A DNA stretch of 59,671 nt, filler included. It is 4 parts of 4 records of this genome, joined end to end, with 100 filler letters (N's around TTAATTAATTAA, not from the genome) between each part and the next. Parts side by side here need not be neighbours in the genome. Positions count along the whole stretch, not along the records: positions 29,560 to 40,711 come from SRR2962707_1581; positions 40,812 to 51,527 come from SRR2962707_1582; 2 more parts are not named here. One strand, written 5' to 3'. The position numbers and the translations under genes are program-made. The notes beneath the pieces were generated by a model. The model was not told the origin of the DNA, made no database searches, and saw only the letters and a program-made list of their open reading frames with translations. Shown here in pieces: positions 32,624 through 41,813 of the stretch (position 1 is its first letter; each line of letters begins with the position of its first letter).

Positions 32624-33426
32624 CTGACCCTGCTTTCCTGGACTCTTTGATCCGCAAAATCGGATGCGGCGGTGTTTGGTTCCCTCGCGATCAGCGCGTC
32701 GAAATAGGCAAACAGCGAAGCGATGTCGGGCAAGGCGAAGCGGGCGCGGGTCTCGGCTGGCTGACCGATCCTGACGCCGAAGCCTCCAAGGCGCTCGGCG
32801 GCGGCAAATCCGTCCTCGTCGGTCACGTCGTCGCCGATGAAAACCGGGGTGCGGCCCGCAAAGGGCTTAACCTGCATCAAGTGTTCGAGCGCTGCGCCCT
32901 TGTTTGCCGAAAGGGGGCGCGCCTCGAAGACCATCTTGCCCGCTATCGCGTGAAAATCTGGATGCCCCTCAAGAGCACTCTCGAGCGCTGCGCCGGCCAT
33001 TGCGCCCTTTTCGGGGGCAGCGCGGTAATGGACGGCAACGCCGGTGGGCTTGGGCTCGACGAGCAACCCGTCTTCACCGGCCAGCGTGTCGGACACATGC
33101 CGGGTTATAGCCGTTGCGTTAGAGACGATATGGGGAGCGGGGCCTTCCGATGTTCCATCATGGCGGCGTTCGGCACCGTGGCTGCCGGTGACCGAAAAAT
33201 CCTGCGCGGGAAGGAAGCTGTCTATCGTTTCGATTGTGCGGCCCGTAACGACAGCAAGCGCGCCATCGAGCGCGGAATACAGGGAACGCAGCCGGGCAGG
33301 GAGATCATCCGGGACGATGATCGCATCCGGGTGTGAGGCGATTTCAACGAGGGTACCGTCAAAATCGGTGAATATCGCTACCGGGCCCGAACTGGCGGAC
33401 AGGATAGCGGAAACTGCGTTTTGCAT
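32620..33426 (-). CDS. otsB: Trehalose-6-phosphate phosphatase
   Basis: HAD motifs DFDGTL, VTGR, NKG, FIGDDVTDEDGF; ATGA overlap with otsA. Confidence 0.93.
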   Translation of the reverse strand: MQNAVSAILSASSGPVAIFTDFDGTLVEIASHPDAIIVPDDLPARLRSLYSALDGALAVVTGRTIETIDSFLPAQDFSVTGSHGAERRHDGTSEGPAPHIVSNATAITRHVSDTLAGEDGLLVEPKPTGVAVHYRAAPEKGAMAGAALESALEGHPDFHAIAGKMVFEARPLSANKGAALEHLMQVKPFAGRTPVFIGDDVTDEDGFAAAERLGGFGVRIGQPAETRARFALPDIASLFAYFDALIAREPNTAASDFADQRVQESRVR

Positions 33427-33674
33427 AATCTCCGGGGCTTGGTTGTTGAGGTTCGCTCCATCAGTTCAATGCCCGTGTGGGCAAAGGGTTCCGGCTCAAC
33501 GGGGCGATGGCTTGTTTCGGCATCGTCCCGGCAAACCGACGGGTACAAGTCTTGCCGAGGCTGCGGGCCAAGGCAACAGCCAACGGCGCATACCGGCTAG
33601 TCGCCGGGCGCACATGCAACGAAAATGGAAGCCAGGTGCCTGGCCAGGTCTGTCCCGGCCAGGGCGTAATCTTG

Positions 33675-33872
33675 TCAGCGCTGGACGGCGGCCTGAACGA
33701 GTGATCCCGATGCCGGGCAATCGGACGAGATCGTCGTCTCGATACAGGCAACACTTGCAACGTCCATCTCGGGCGTCGCTGTCAATCCATTGGCTTGAGT
33801 AATCGTCAATATGACGATGAACAGGCTGGCCGCGAGGGCGGTCAGACTGACGAGGCGTGGTGTGGTCATCAT
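33675..33872 (-). CDS. Small (65 aa) predicted exported or membrane protein
   Basis: GGAGG RBS 5 nt before ATG 33872, hydrophobic N-terminus, two Cys; no family recognised. Confidence 0.55.
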   Translation of the reverse strand: MMTTPRLVSLTALAASLFIVILTITQANGLTATPEMDVASVACIETTISSDCPASGSLVQAAVQR

Positions 33873-34246
33873 GGTGGCCTCCCCGCACATGTCCGGAAAA
33901 GACGACGGGCCAACCCGCAGAACTGTCCGGAAAGTTAACGCCGCATACATGGGGGAGAATGCTTGAGACGAAACCGTCTGGCAAGCCTTTGTTAACAGAT
34001 TGAAACAATCTGGGTGAAAGTTTGCCAGCTGATTCTAGGGCAGCCCTTTTAGAACAAAGGGTTAGCGCAAGGAAAACAATGCCGAATGGTGCCCTCGGGC
34101 AGTGGAAAAAGGATGGGGAGAGGTGCGGCAAGTGCCGGCCGGCAAGACTACGCATGCCCCTCTCCCCCTGAAGGCCGGCGAAACGAGGACGCAGGTCCGC
34201 CGGTCTTCTCTATCGCGGCAAGGGAGGGACGAGCCGCGATTAACGC

Positions 34247-34351
34247 TAGAGCCTTTCAGCGCTTCCCTGAATCGCCTCAATTGCTCTAAGTCATTGTTTT
34301 GTAGCGCTTCCGAACCGGATAAGTGGGTCCACTTATCCTGGAAGCATTCTA
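34247..34351 (-). repeat. ~105-bp palindromic intergenic element (RIME1/BRU-RS/CIR-like), copy 2
   Basis: Reverse complement reads TAGAATGCTTCCAGGATAAGTGGACCCACTTATCCGGTTCGGAAGCGCTACAAAACAATGACTTAGAGCAATTG...AAAGGCTCTA, colinear with 29900-30005. Confidence 0.85.
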
Positions 34352-34458
34352 ATGGCCATAAGGCCGGAAAAGGCGGGAGGAATGAATGCAACACGTTCCT
34401 TGGGGGACGTATTAAGGAGTACATTCCTCCCTATCGAACGCAGCCGGGGACGCGGTGG

Positions 34459-34908
34459 CTACGCCCGAATGGGCCAGGTGACGGTCTCCCGCACCCAGAA
34501 ATCGATTATCTTCGCCATCTCCGCCCGATAGGCGTCCAGGTCGTGATGGCGGACGAAAACGGCGTCGGCACCGCTCTTGAGGAGCGCGTGACGGGGGTCT
34601 GCGGCTCCGGTGTCTGTAATGGCTGCGAGCGGAACGTTCGCGGCAGCAGCGAGGTTCCCGATCCGGGAAATGAACGCGGCCGATGCGCCGCTGTAGGACT
34701 TGAGGTCCACGATCACCATATCGGGCCGCTGGGTTGCGCCGGGGCCCAGCAAGCGGGCAAGCGTGCGCTCTGCCCGGCGGGCATTGCCGATCCAGGCAAC
34801 GCGTGCGGGTGAAGCATTCATCTGCATCGCCCTGCGCATCAGGCGTGCGGAATGAATATGGTCATCTACGAGCACGAATAACGGCTCAAGCGCGACATTG
34901 CTGGTCAT
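34459..34908 (-). CDS. Single-domain response regulator receiver (Rcp1-like, atypical)
   Basis: VLVDD, PDMVIVDL, VPLAAIT, GADAVF and C-terminal IIDFW; start reassigned to ATG 34908. Confidence 0.7.
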   Translation of the reverse strand: MTSNVALEPLFVLVDDHIHSARLMRRAMQMNASPARVAWIGNARRAERTLARLLGPGATQRPDMVIVDLKSYSGASAAFISRIGNLAAAANVPLAAITDTGAADPRHALLKSGADAVFVRHHDLDAYRAEMAKIIDFWVRETVTWPIRA

Positions 34909-35189
34909 TGGCCCCAACCAGAAAAACAAGAGCGAGCGGCCAGTCTTGGAATCGAACCGGCTGGCTCCAAAAACATGCGACAAACAAGGAAACTCAGCGC
35001 CTCTCCGCCAGGAGACCGCTTTAATCGCAGTCCCGAAAAATGCCGAAAAGCGGCAACGGACAATTGCGATGAGGGCCATATGGGGCAAGTCGCGCGCAAG
35101 CGGAAGGTTATCAGCCGTAACAGGCGGTAAAAGGGTTGCCGATTTACATGTAAAATGGAGAGGGCTAGTGTGGTCCAAAGGAGGAGCGC

Positions 35190-36947
35190 ATGCCTGAGGG
35201 GCGGGTGTACGCCGAGGACGAACAATTAGCGGTTCGCCAAGCGCTTGAAGAGCTCCTGGCCTGGCCGCCCATGGCCCGGTCCCCGAGGCTTTCGGCGTTC
35301 CTTTCCTACATCGTTGACGCGGCCCTTACGGGGCGTTCGGATTCGGTAAAAGCCTATTCCATTGCCGTCGACGTTTTTGGGAGAGAGGAAAACTTCGATC
35401 CACAGTCGGACCCGATCGTAAGGGTGCAGGCGCGCCGGTTGCGCGGCCTGATCGAAGAATATGACAAGCTCGATCTGGGTAGCGCATCGATGCGTATTGT
35501 CCTGCCGGTCGGCCGCTATGTGCCCGACTTCGTTCCTCGGGAAGACAGCCGTCCGGCCGTTGGAACGGATGGGAAGGGGCCGGACAGCGCCGAAGATGGG
35601 ACAGTCTCCCGACCGCCACAGTCGCCTTCGCGATCGATCTGGGTGGCGGGCGCCGCGGCAGCCCTTTTGCTCATCGCCTCGCTTTATTTCTGGCCGGAGC
35701 TTGGACAACGCACGGCGTCGGGACCCGCCGTCGTTCAACCGGTCATGCCGCTGGTCATTATCGAGGACTTCGAAAATCTCACTGACGATCAGCGCAGCAC
35801 GCCGCTCGTTGCCGGTCTGGCGCTCGAACTGGTCACCGACCTCAACCAGTTCTCCGATCTCTCGGCACGCTATGGCGGGCCGCAAGCCGACCCCCGCGAG
35901 GTGGAACGGGCAAACGGCGGCGTTTATGTGCTGTCGGGCGTGGCTCGCCGATCGCCGCGCGGCATTCTTTATTCCATCCTGTTGCAGGATGCCCCGACAC
36001 GTTCGGTTGTCGCCACATTTGAAGTGGAGGTGCCTCTGGACGATGGGGCGCCCAACATGAATCTGCAGGACGTCTCTGAACAGTTTTCGCTCAGGCTCGG
36101 CAGCCCGCGCGGACCCCTGCACAAGTCTGCGCGGAGTTGGATCGAGGAGCACGCGGCGGAAGACGATCCGGTGCTTGAACCCTATCCGTGCCTTGTTGCT
36201 TACGGGATGTTCCGCGAGCAGCGCACAATTTTCGACGCCGGGGGGCTTGAGCGGTGCGCGCGTCAGTCCATGACCGAAGAATGGCCGGAGGGCGCTGCCA
36301 TTCTGGCGTTCTTGACGGCCGAGGAGGGCTGGCGGGCGGGCACCGACACCGCCGAGGGCGCCGCGCTCATCGACGAGGCGCGCGAACTGGCCCAGCGGGC
36401 GATCGCCATGGAGCCGACAAGCGGGTTCAATTGGGCGCTGCGGGCTCAAGTGGCCTTTCTCGCCGGAGACGTTGGGCGCGCGCGTGATGACTACAACACA
36501 GCGGTTCAGCTCAATCCCGCCATGGTCGATGTGCTGGCTGACTATGGCTATGTGGAAAGTCTGAACGGCAATTGGGAGACGGCCCGGGCCCTGTCGCAGC
36601 GGGCTCTGTCAGTTGAGGTCAATCCACCCGATTTCTATTCGATCGTTCCGGCGCTCTGGGCCATGCGACAGGGCGATTACGCTCAGGCGGCAGCCGTCGG
36701 TGAGCGCATGGTTTCGGCGGTCCCCGATCTGGGCACTGCCGTCATGGTGGCGGCCGGTGGGCAGTTGCGGGACGCGGAAATCATCAATGCCTATCTGCCA
36801 AGGCTTCTGGCCAGCCAGCGGTTCAGACGGCTGGGCATCATGCCGGCCTTGCGCCAGCACGTGCTCGACCCGGACCTGTTGCGCGCGATTTCGAGCGGCA
36901 TCATCAGCGCCGGCGTGCCGCTCGACCGGCTGGCCAATCCTTTCTGA
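35190..36947 (+). CDS. Membrane-anchored protein with N-terminal wHTH-like domain, TolB_N-like domain and TPR repeats
   Basis: AAGGAGGAG RBS; KAYSIAVDVFGR..FDPQSDPIVRVQARRLR, one TM helix, DFENLTDD..GLALEL, TPR-like AIAMEP and AVQLNP. Confidence 0.75.
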   Translation: MPEGRVYAEDEQLAVRQALEELLAWPPMARSPRLSAFLSYIVDAALTGRSDSVKAYSIAVDVFGREENFDPQSDPIVRVQARRLRGLIEEYDKLDLGSASMRIVLPVGRYVPDFVPREDSRPAVGTDGKGPDSAEDGTVSRPPQSPSRSIWVAGAAAALLLIASLYFWPELGQRTASGPAVVQPVMPLVIIEDFENLTDDQRSTPLVAGLALELVTDLNQFSDLSARYGGPQADPREVERANGGVYVLSGVARRSPRGILYSILLQDAPTRSVVATFEVEVPLDDGAPNMNLQDVSEQFSLRLGSPRGPLHKSARSWIEEHAAEDDPVLEPYPCLVAYGMFREQRTIFDAGGLERCARQSMTEEWPEGAAILAFLTAEEGWRAGTDTAEGAALIDEARELAQRAIAMEPTSGFNWALRAQVAFLAGDVGRARDDYNTAVQLNPAMVDVLADYGYVESLNGNWETARALSQRALSVEVNPPDFYSIVPALWAMRQGDYAQAAAVGERMVSAVPDLGTAVMVAAGGQLRDAEIINAYLPRLLASQRFRRLGIMPALRQHVLDPDLLRAISSGIISAGVPLDRLANPF

Positions 36948-37015
36948 CCGGGCGTTCCGATTGCGACTGGACGCGCCCGGCAAATCACTGTGAGATGATG
37001 GAGGGAGGTGGCGTC

Positions 37016-38005
37016 ATGAGTTTCAGAGCACTGGTTACCCACAAAGGCGCGGACGGCAAGATCGCATCGGCGATTGCCGAGCTCGACGAGGCGGAACTGC
37101 CCGAGGGGAACGTTCTGGTCGGCATCGATTGGGCGGGGTTCAATTACAAGGATGGCATGGCCCTTTCGGGCATCGGTGGCCTGGTGCGCGAGTACCCCCA
37201 TATCGGGGGCGTCGATTTTGCTGGCCGGGTGATCGAGAGCACCGACGAGCGCTATCATCCGGGGCAGGCGGTCGTCCTGACCGGCTGGCGGGTCGGGGAA
37301 TGGCACTGGGGCGGATTTGCCACCCGCGCGCGGGTGAATGCCGATTGGCTGGTGCCCTTGCCAAAGGAAATCTCTACCCGGGATGCCATGGTTCTGGGCA
37401 CTGCGGGGCTCACGGCGATGCTGGCCGTCAACAGGCTGAAGTCCGAAGACATAAAGCCCAGCGGCGGCGATATTTTAGTGACCGGAGCCGGTGGCGGCGT
37501 GGGCTCGATGGCCGTGCTGCTGCTGGCGCGGCTTGGATACAAGGTTCACGCCATGACCGGGCGGGCCGACCTTGCCGAGGATCTCAAGGCGCTCGGAGCC
37601 ACCGAAGTGGTTGGACGCGAGGTGCTTGCACCGTCGGGCAAAAAGCTTTTGGCGACGCGATGGGCCGGGGCGGTCGACAGTGTGGGCGGTGCGCCGCTTG
37701 GCGAATTGCTCAAGCAGATCCATGCGGGCGGCTGCGTCGCGGCGGTGGGGCTCGCGGCCGGCGATGCCTGGGACGCGAGCGTCATTCCATTTATTTTGCG
37801 CGGTGTTACGCTGGCCGGGATCGACAGCGTCATGCAGCCTTTCGAAGCCCGCATGGCGGCATGGGACAGGCTTTCGACGCTGTTCGGGTTCGGGGTCTAT
37901 GAGCGGATGGTGCGCGAAGTGGGGCTTGCGGACCTGCCGGATGTCTCAAAGGACATTCTGGCGGGCAAGGTCCGCGGGCGGGTGATCGTTTCGCCCAAGA
38001 GGTAA
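37016..38005 (+). CDS. acuI: Acryloyl-CoA reductase AcuI/YhdH (MDR family)
   Basis: [56 protein letters not shown]. Confidence 0.82.
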   Translation: MSFRALVTHKGADGKIASAIAELDEAELPEGNVLVGIDWAGFNYKDGMALSGIGGLVREYPHIGGVDFAGRVIESTDERYHPGQAVVLTGWRVGEWHWGGFATRARVNADWLVPLPKEISTRDAMVLGTAGLTAMLAVNRLKSEDIKPSGGDILVTGAGGGVGSMAVLLLARLGYKVHAMTGRADLAEDLKALGATEVVGREVLAPSGKKLLATRWAGAVDSVGGAPLGELLKQIHAGGCVAAVGLAAGDAWDASVIPFILRGVTLAGIDSVMQPFEARMAAWDRLSTLFGFGVYERMVREVGLADLPDVSKDILAGKVRGRVIVSPKR

Positions 38006-38120
38006 ATTGCCTTTAGCGCTGGCATGGGAAAACTTCGCCGGGTTGGAAACCGGCCGGCGAAAGGCTCTCGAAATTTTGCCAGATCGCTATAGGGTATCGG
38101 GGCATTGCCGGAGGGACTTC

Positions 38121-39653
38121 ATGCAGGACGTTATCGATGCGCTTGACGAAAAGCGCGAACATGCGCGACAGGGCGGTGGGGCGCGGCGCATCGAGGCGCA
38201 ACATGCCAAGGGCAAGCTGACGGCCCGCGAGAGGATCGACGTCTTGCTCGATCCGGGCAGTTTCGAAGAATACGACATGTTCGTCACCCATCGGACCCGC
38301 GATTTCGGGATGGACGCGCAGATCATCCCCGGCGACGGCGTGGTGACGGGCTGGGGCACGATCAACGGGCGGCTCACCTATGTGTTCAGCCAGGATTTCA
38401 CTGTGTTCGGCGGCTCGCTTTCCGAGACCCATGCGCAGAAAATCTGCAAGATCATGGATCTGGCGGTCCAGAACGGCGCGCCAGTGATCGGGCTCAACGA
38501 TTCCGGTGGTGCGCGCATTCAGGAGGGCGTTGCTTCGCTGGGCGGTTACGCGGAAGTGTTCTGGCGCAACGTGCAGGCCTCGGGCGCAGTGCCGCAAATC
38601 TCTGTCATAATGGGCCCGTGCGCCGGGGGCGCCGTCTATTCCCCGGCCATGACCGATTTCATCTACATGGTCAAAGACACGAGCTACATGTTCGTGACCG
38701 GGCCTGACGTGGTCAAGACGGTGACCAATGAGACCGTGACCCATGAAGAGTTGGGCGGGGCGTCGACGCACACTAAGATTTCCTCGGTGGCCGATGCTGC
38801 GTTCGAAAATGACATCGAAACGCTGCTCGAAGTGCGGCGCCTGTTCGATTTCCTGCCGCTCTCGGCGCGTGAAAAGGCGCCGCGGGTTGCGACCAACGAC
38901 CAGATCGACCGGCGCGAGGACAGCCTCGATACGCTGATCCCGGCCCACGCCAATACGCCATACGACATGCGCGAAGTGATCGAGAAGATTGCCGACGAGG
39001 GCGAATTTCTCGAGCTCCAGAAGGACCACGCCGGCAATATCCTTGTCGGCTTTATCCGGCTCAACGGACAAAGCGTTGGTGTGGTCGCCAACCAGCCCAT
39101 GGTGCTGGCCGGGTGTCTCGACATCAATGCTTCGAAAAAGGCCGCCCGGTTCATCCGGTTTTGCGACAGTTTCGATATTCCCATCCTGACTTTCGTGGAC
39201 GTTCCCGGCTTTCTGCCGGGCGTGGCGCAGGAATATGGCGGCATCATAAAGCATGGCGCCAAGCTGTTGTTCGCCTATGCCGAGGCGACGGTGCCGAAGG
39301 TGACCGTCATCACACGCAAGGCCTATGGCGGGGCCTACGATGTGATGGCCTCAAAACACATCCGCGCCGATGTGAACTACGCCTGGCCGAGCGCTGAAAT
39401 CGCCGTGATGGGCGCCAAGGGCGCAACCGAAATTCTCTATCGCTCCGAATTGGCCGATGCCGAAAAGATCGCGGCGCGGACCAAGGAATATGAAGACCGG
39501 TTCGCCAATCCCTTCGTTGCCGCCGAGCGCGGGTTCATCGATGACGTCATCATGCCCCACAACACGCGCCGCCGCGTGGCGCGGGCGTTCGAGAGCCTGA
39601 AACACAAGCAGGCGCATGTGCCGATCAAAAAGCATGGGAATATTCCGCTGTGA
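38121..39653 (+). CDS. pccB: Propionyl-CoA carboxylase beta (carboxyltransferase) subunit
   Basis: [43 protein letters not shown]-terminal KKHGNIPL. Confidence 0.93.
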   Translation: MQDVIDALDEKREHARQGGGARRIEAQHAKGKLTARERIDVLLDPGSFEEYDMFVTHRTRDFGMDAQIIPGDGVVTGWGTINGRLTYVFSQDFTVFGGSLSETHAQKICKIMDLAVQNGAPVIGLNDSGGARIQEGVASLGGYAEVFWRNVQASGAVPQISVIMGPCAGGAVYSPAMTDFIYMVKDTSYMFVTGPDVVKTVTNETVTHEELGGASTHTKISSVADAAFENDIETLLEVRRLFDFLPLSAREKAPRVATNDQIDRREDSLDTLIPAHANTPYDMREVIEKIADEGEFLELQKDHAGNILVGFIRLNGQSVGVVANQPMVLAGCLDINASKKAARFIRFCDSFDIPILTFVDVPGFLPGVAQEYGGIIKHGAKLLFAYAEATVPKVTVITRKAYGGAYDVMASKHIRADVNYAWPSAEIAVMGAKGATEILYRSELADAEKIAARTKEYEDRFANPFVAAERGFIDDVIMPHNTRRRVARAFESLKHKQAHVPIKKHGNIPL

Positions 39654-39664
39654 GGTCCAACTAG

Positions 39665-40711
39665 ATGTTCTCCAAAATCCTCATAGCCAATCGCGGTGAA
39701 ATTGCTTGCCGGGTGATTGAGACGGCGCGGAAGATGGGCATTGCGACGGTGGCCGTCTATTCCGATGCCGACCGGGATGCGCTGCATGTGCGGATGGCTG
39801 ATGAGGCTGTTCACATCGGCCCGGCTGCGGCGTCGCAAAGCTATCTCGATATCGAAAAGATCATCGCGGCGTGTCAGCAGACCGGCGCGGTCGCCGTGCA
39901 TCCCGGGTACGGGTTCTTGTCCGAGAACCCTGTGTTTGCGGAGCGCCTGCGGCAAGAAGGGATTTATTTCATCGGGCCACCGGTCAAGGCTATCGAGGCG
40001 ATGGGGGACAAGATCACCTCCAAGAAAATCGCCGCTGAAGCCGGAGTGTCGACGGTTCCGGGCCATATGGGGCTGATTGCGGACGCCGCCGAGGCGGCGA
40101 AAATCGCCAAATCGATTGGCTATCCGGTGATGATCAAGGCTTCGGCCGGGGGCGGTGGCAAGGGGATGCGCATTGCGCGCTCGGACGGAGACGTCAAGGA
40201 AGCCTTCGAACGCTCCAAGTCGGAAGCTGCGGCGTCGTTCGGCGACGACCGGATCTTCATCGAAAAATACATCGAAGAACCGCGCCATATCGAAATCCAG
40301 GTGCTGGCCGATGGGCAGGGCAATTGCATCCATTTGGGTGAGCGTGAATGCTCCATCCAGCGCCGCAACCAGAAGGTGATCGAGGAGGCGCCATCGCCAT
40401 TTCTCGATGCCGCAACACGCGAAAAGATGGGCGCGCAAGCTGTGGCGCTCGCAAAGGCCGTCAATTATGTCAGCGCCGGGACCGTCGAGTTCATCGTCGA
40501 CAAGGATCGCAATTTCTACTTCCTCGAAATGAACACGCGGCTGCAGGTCGAACATCCCGTGACCGAGTTGGTGACCGGGCTCGATCTGGTCGAGGAGATG
40601 ATCCGCATCGCGGACGGGGAGGCGCTGCGCTGGAGCCAGAAGGACATAAAGCTGGAAGGTTGGGCGATCGAGGCGCGGATCTATGCCGAGGATCCCTACC
40701 GCAATTTCCTG
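39665..40711 (+). CDS. pccA: Propionyl-CoA carboxylase alpha (biotin carboxylase) subunit, 3'-truncated
   Basis: [44 protein letters not shown]; follows pccB. Confidence 0.9.
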
Positions 40712-40811
40712 NNNNNNNNNNNNNNNNNNNNNNNNNNNNNNNNNNNNNNNNNNNNTTAATTAATTAANNNNNNNNNNNNNNNNNNNNNNNNNNNNNNNNN
40801 NNNNNNNNNNN
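40712..40811. other. Artificial contig spacer
   Basis: N run with TTAATTAATTAA at 40756-40767. Confidence 0.97.
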
Positions 40812-40816
40812 GGGTT

Positions 40817-40876
40817 GTCCGCTTTGCGGACCTAGCCGGCCATTCAGCCCCTGTCGCTGAATGGCCGCTTCGGGCT
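40817..40876. repeat. Tandem palindromes at contig edge
   Basis: GTCCGC-TTT-GCGGAC (40817-40831) and perfect 12-bp IR CGGCCATTCAGC-N7-GCTGAATGGCCG (40837-40867). Confidence 0.6.
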
Positions 40877-40880
40877 TTCT

Positions 40881-41276
40881 TTAGACCGCTGCAGTCGCTT
40901 CGATTTCAAAAAGCAGACCCGGTATCGCAAGCCGGGTTACGCCAAGCAAAGTCATAGGCGGCGCGCATTGGATTGGGCCAAAGCGCATGCCTAAGACTTC
41001 AAAGTTTTTGAGCGCCTCATCCACATCCGTCGCAAACACACCAAGCCGGATGATATTGCTAAGGTCCATGTCGGCAGCGGGCAAAACAGCTTCGAGGTTG
41101 TGCAAAGCGAGGCCAATCTGGCCGCGCATGTCGCCGAGATGTTGCGGATTTCCGTCGCCGTCGACTGAGGTCTGGCCTGCGCAAATCAGCTGCCGGCGCG
41201 TTCCTTCGATAATTTCACCTTGGTTGTAACCAAGATTGAGCGACCAGTTCCACTGGTTCACGGGGGTACCGTGCAT
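40881..41276 (-). CDS. Rid (YjgF/YER057c/UK114) family protein
   Basis: AGGAG RBS; GYNQG, CAGQTS, NLEAVL, LLFEIEATA; PPMT in place of PAR. Confidence 0.85.
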   Translation of the reverse strand: MHGTPVNQWNWSLNLGYNQGEIIEGTRRQLICAGQTSVDGDGNPQHLGDMRGQIGLALHNLEAVLPAADMDLSNIIRLGVFATDVDEALKNFEVLGMRFGPIQCAPPMTLLGVTRLAIPGLLFEIEATAAV

Positions 41277-41313
41277 TTTATAAGTCTCCTGCTTCAAAAA
41301 TCGAAGTGGGGGC

Positions 41314-41715
41314 TCAACGAACCTGTTCGGCTGAAATTTCTTCGTTAAGCGTGTCTTCGAGGTGCCAAATCTTGGAAACGATCTGCCAACCGTCCGCGCC
41401 TTGCACAAAACCCAAATGATCCACAAAGATGCTCTCATGTGCACGGATGCGGATTTTTACCGTCGCGCTGATCGGGGACAAAAAATCGACCATCAGGACC
41501 TCGGCTTCGCGCATCTGGCCCGTGCTGGCGGGGGACAGACGCTCTCCAACATCGCGGCTAAAGCTCTCGATGGGTTCAACAAAAACCGTACCGTTGTCAG
41601 CGTCGAACAGGCTGGACTGCGGATGAAATACGGCATTCAGCTTTTCGGTGTCACAGTGGTGGATTGCATCAAAATAGATGTCGATTGCATCGAATAGGTC
41701 GGTTTGAATTGTCAT
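41314..41715 (-). CDS. NTF2-like (putative lumazine-binding family) protein
   Basis: GGAG RBS; YFDAIHHCD..LNAVFHP and FVDHL...WQIVSKIW pattern. Confidence 0.75.
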   Translation of the reverse strand: MTIQTDLFDAIDIYFDAIHHCDTEKLNAVFHPQSSLFDADNGTVFVEPIESFSRDVGERLSPASTGQMREAEVLMVDFLSPISATVKIRIRAHESIFVDHLGFVQGADGWQIVSKIWHLEDTLNEEISAEQVR

Positions 41716-41813
41716 AGTTTTATCTCCGGTTGGCGTTGATGAAACAGACTTGCCATCAAACGAAAATTTGCGATACTGGCAAAAATGACAATGTACGGTC
41801 AGATTAAGCCAAC

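Noticed and set aside
33930..34010. GTTAAC sites as CtrA boxes upstream of the small protein gene
   Set aside because: Only half-sites; no TTAA-N7-TTAA spacing
33496..34812. ORFs 33496-34155 (-), 34062-34424 (-) and 34102-34812 (+)
   Set aside because: They run through repeat elements or overlap better-supported genes and have non-protein-like composition
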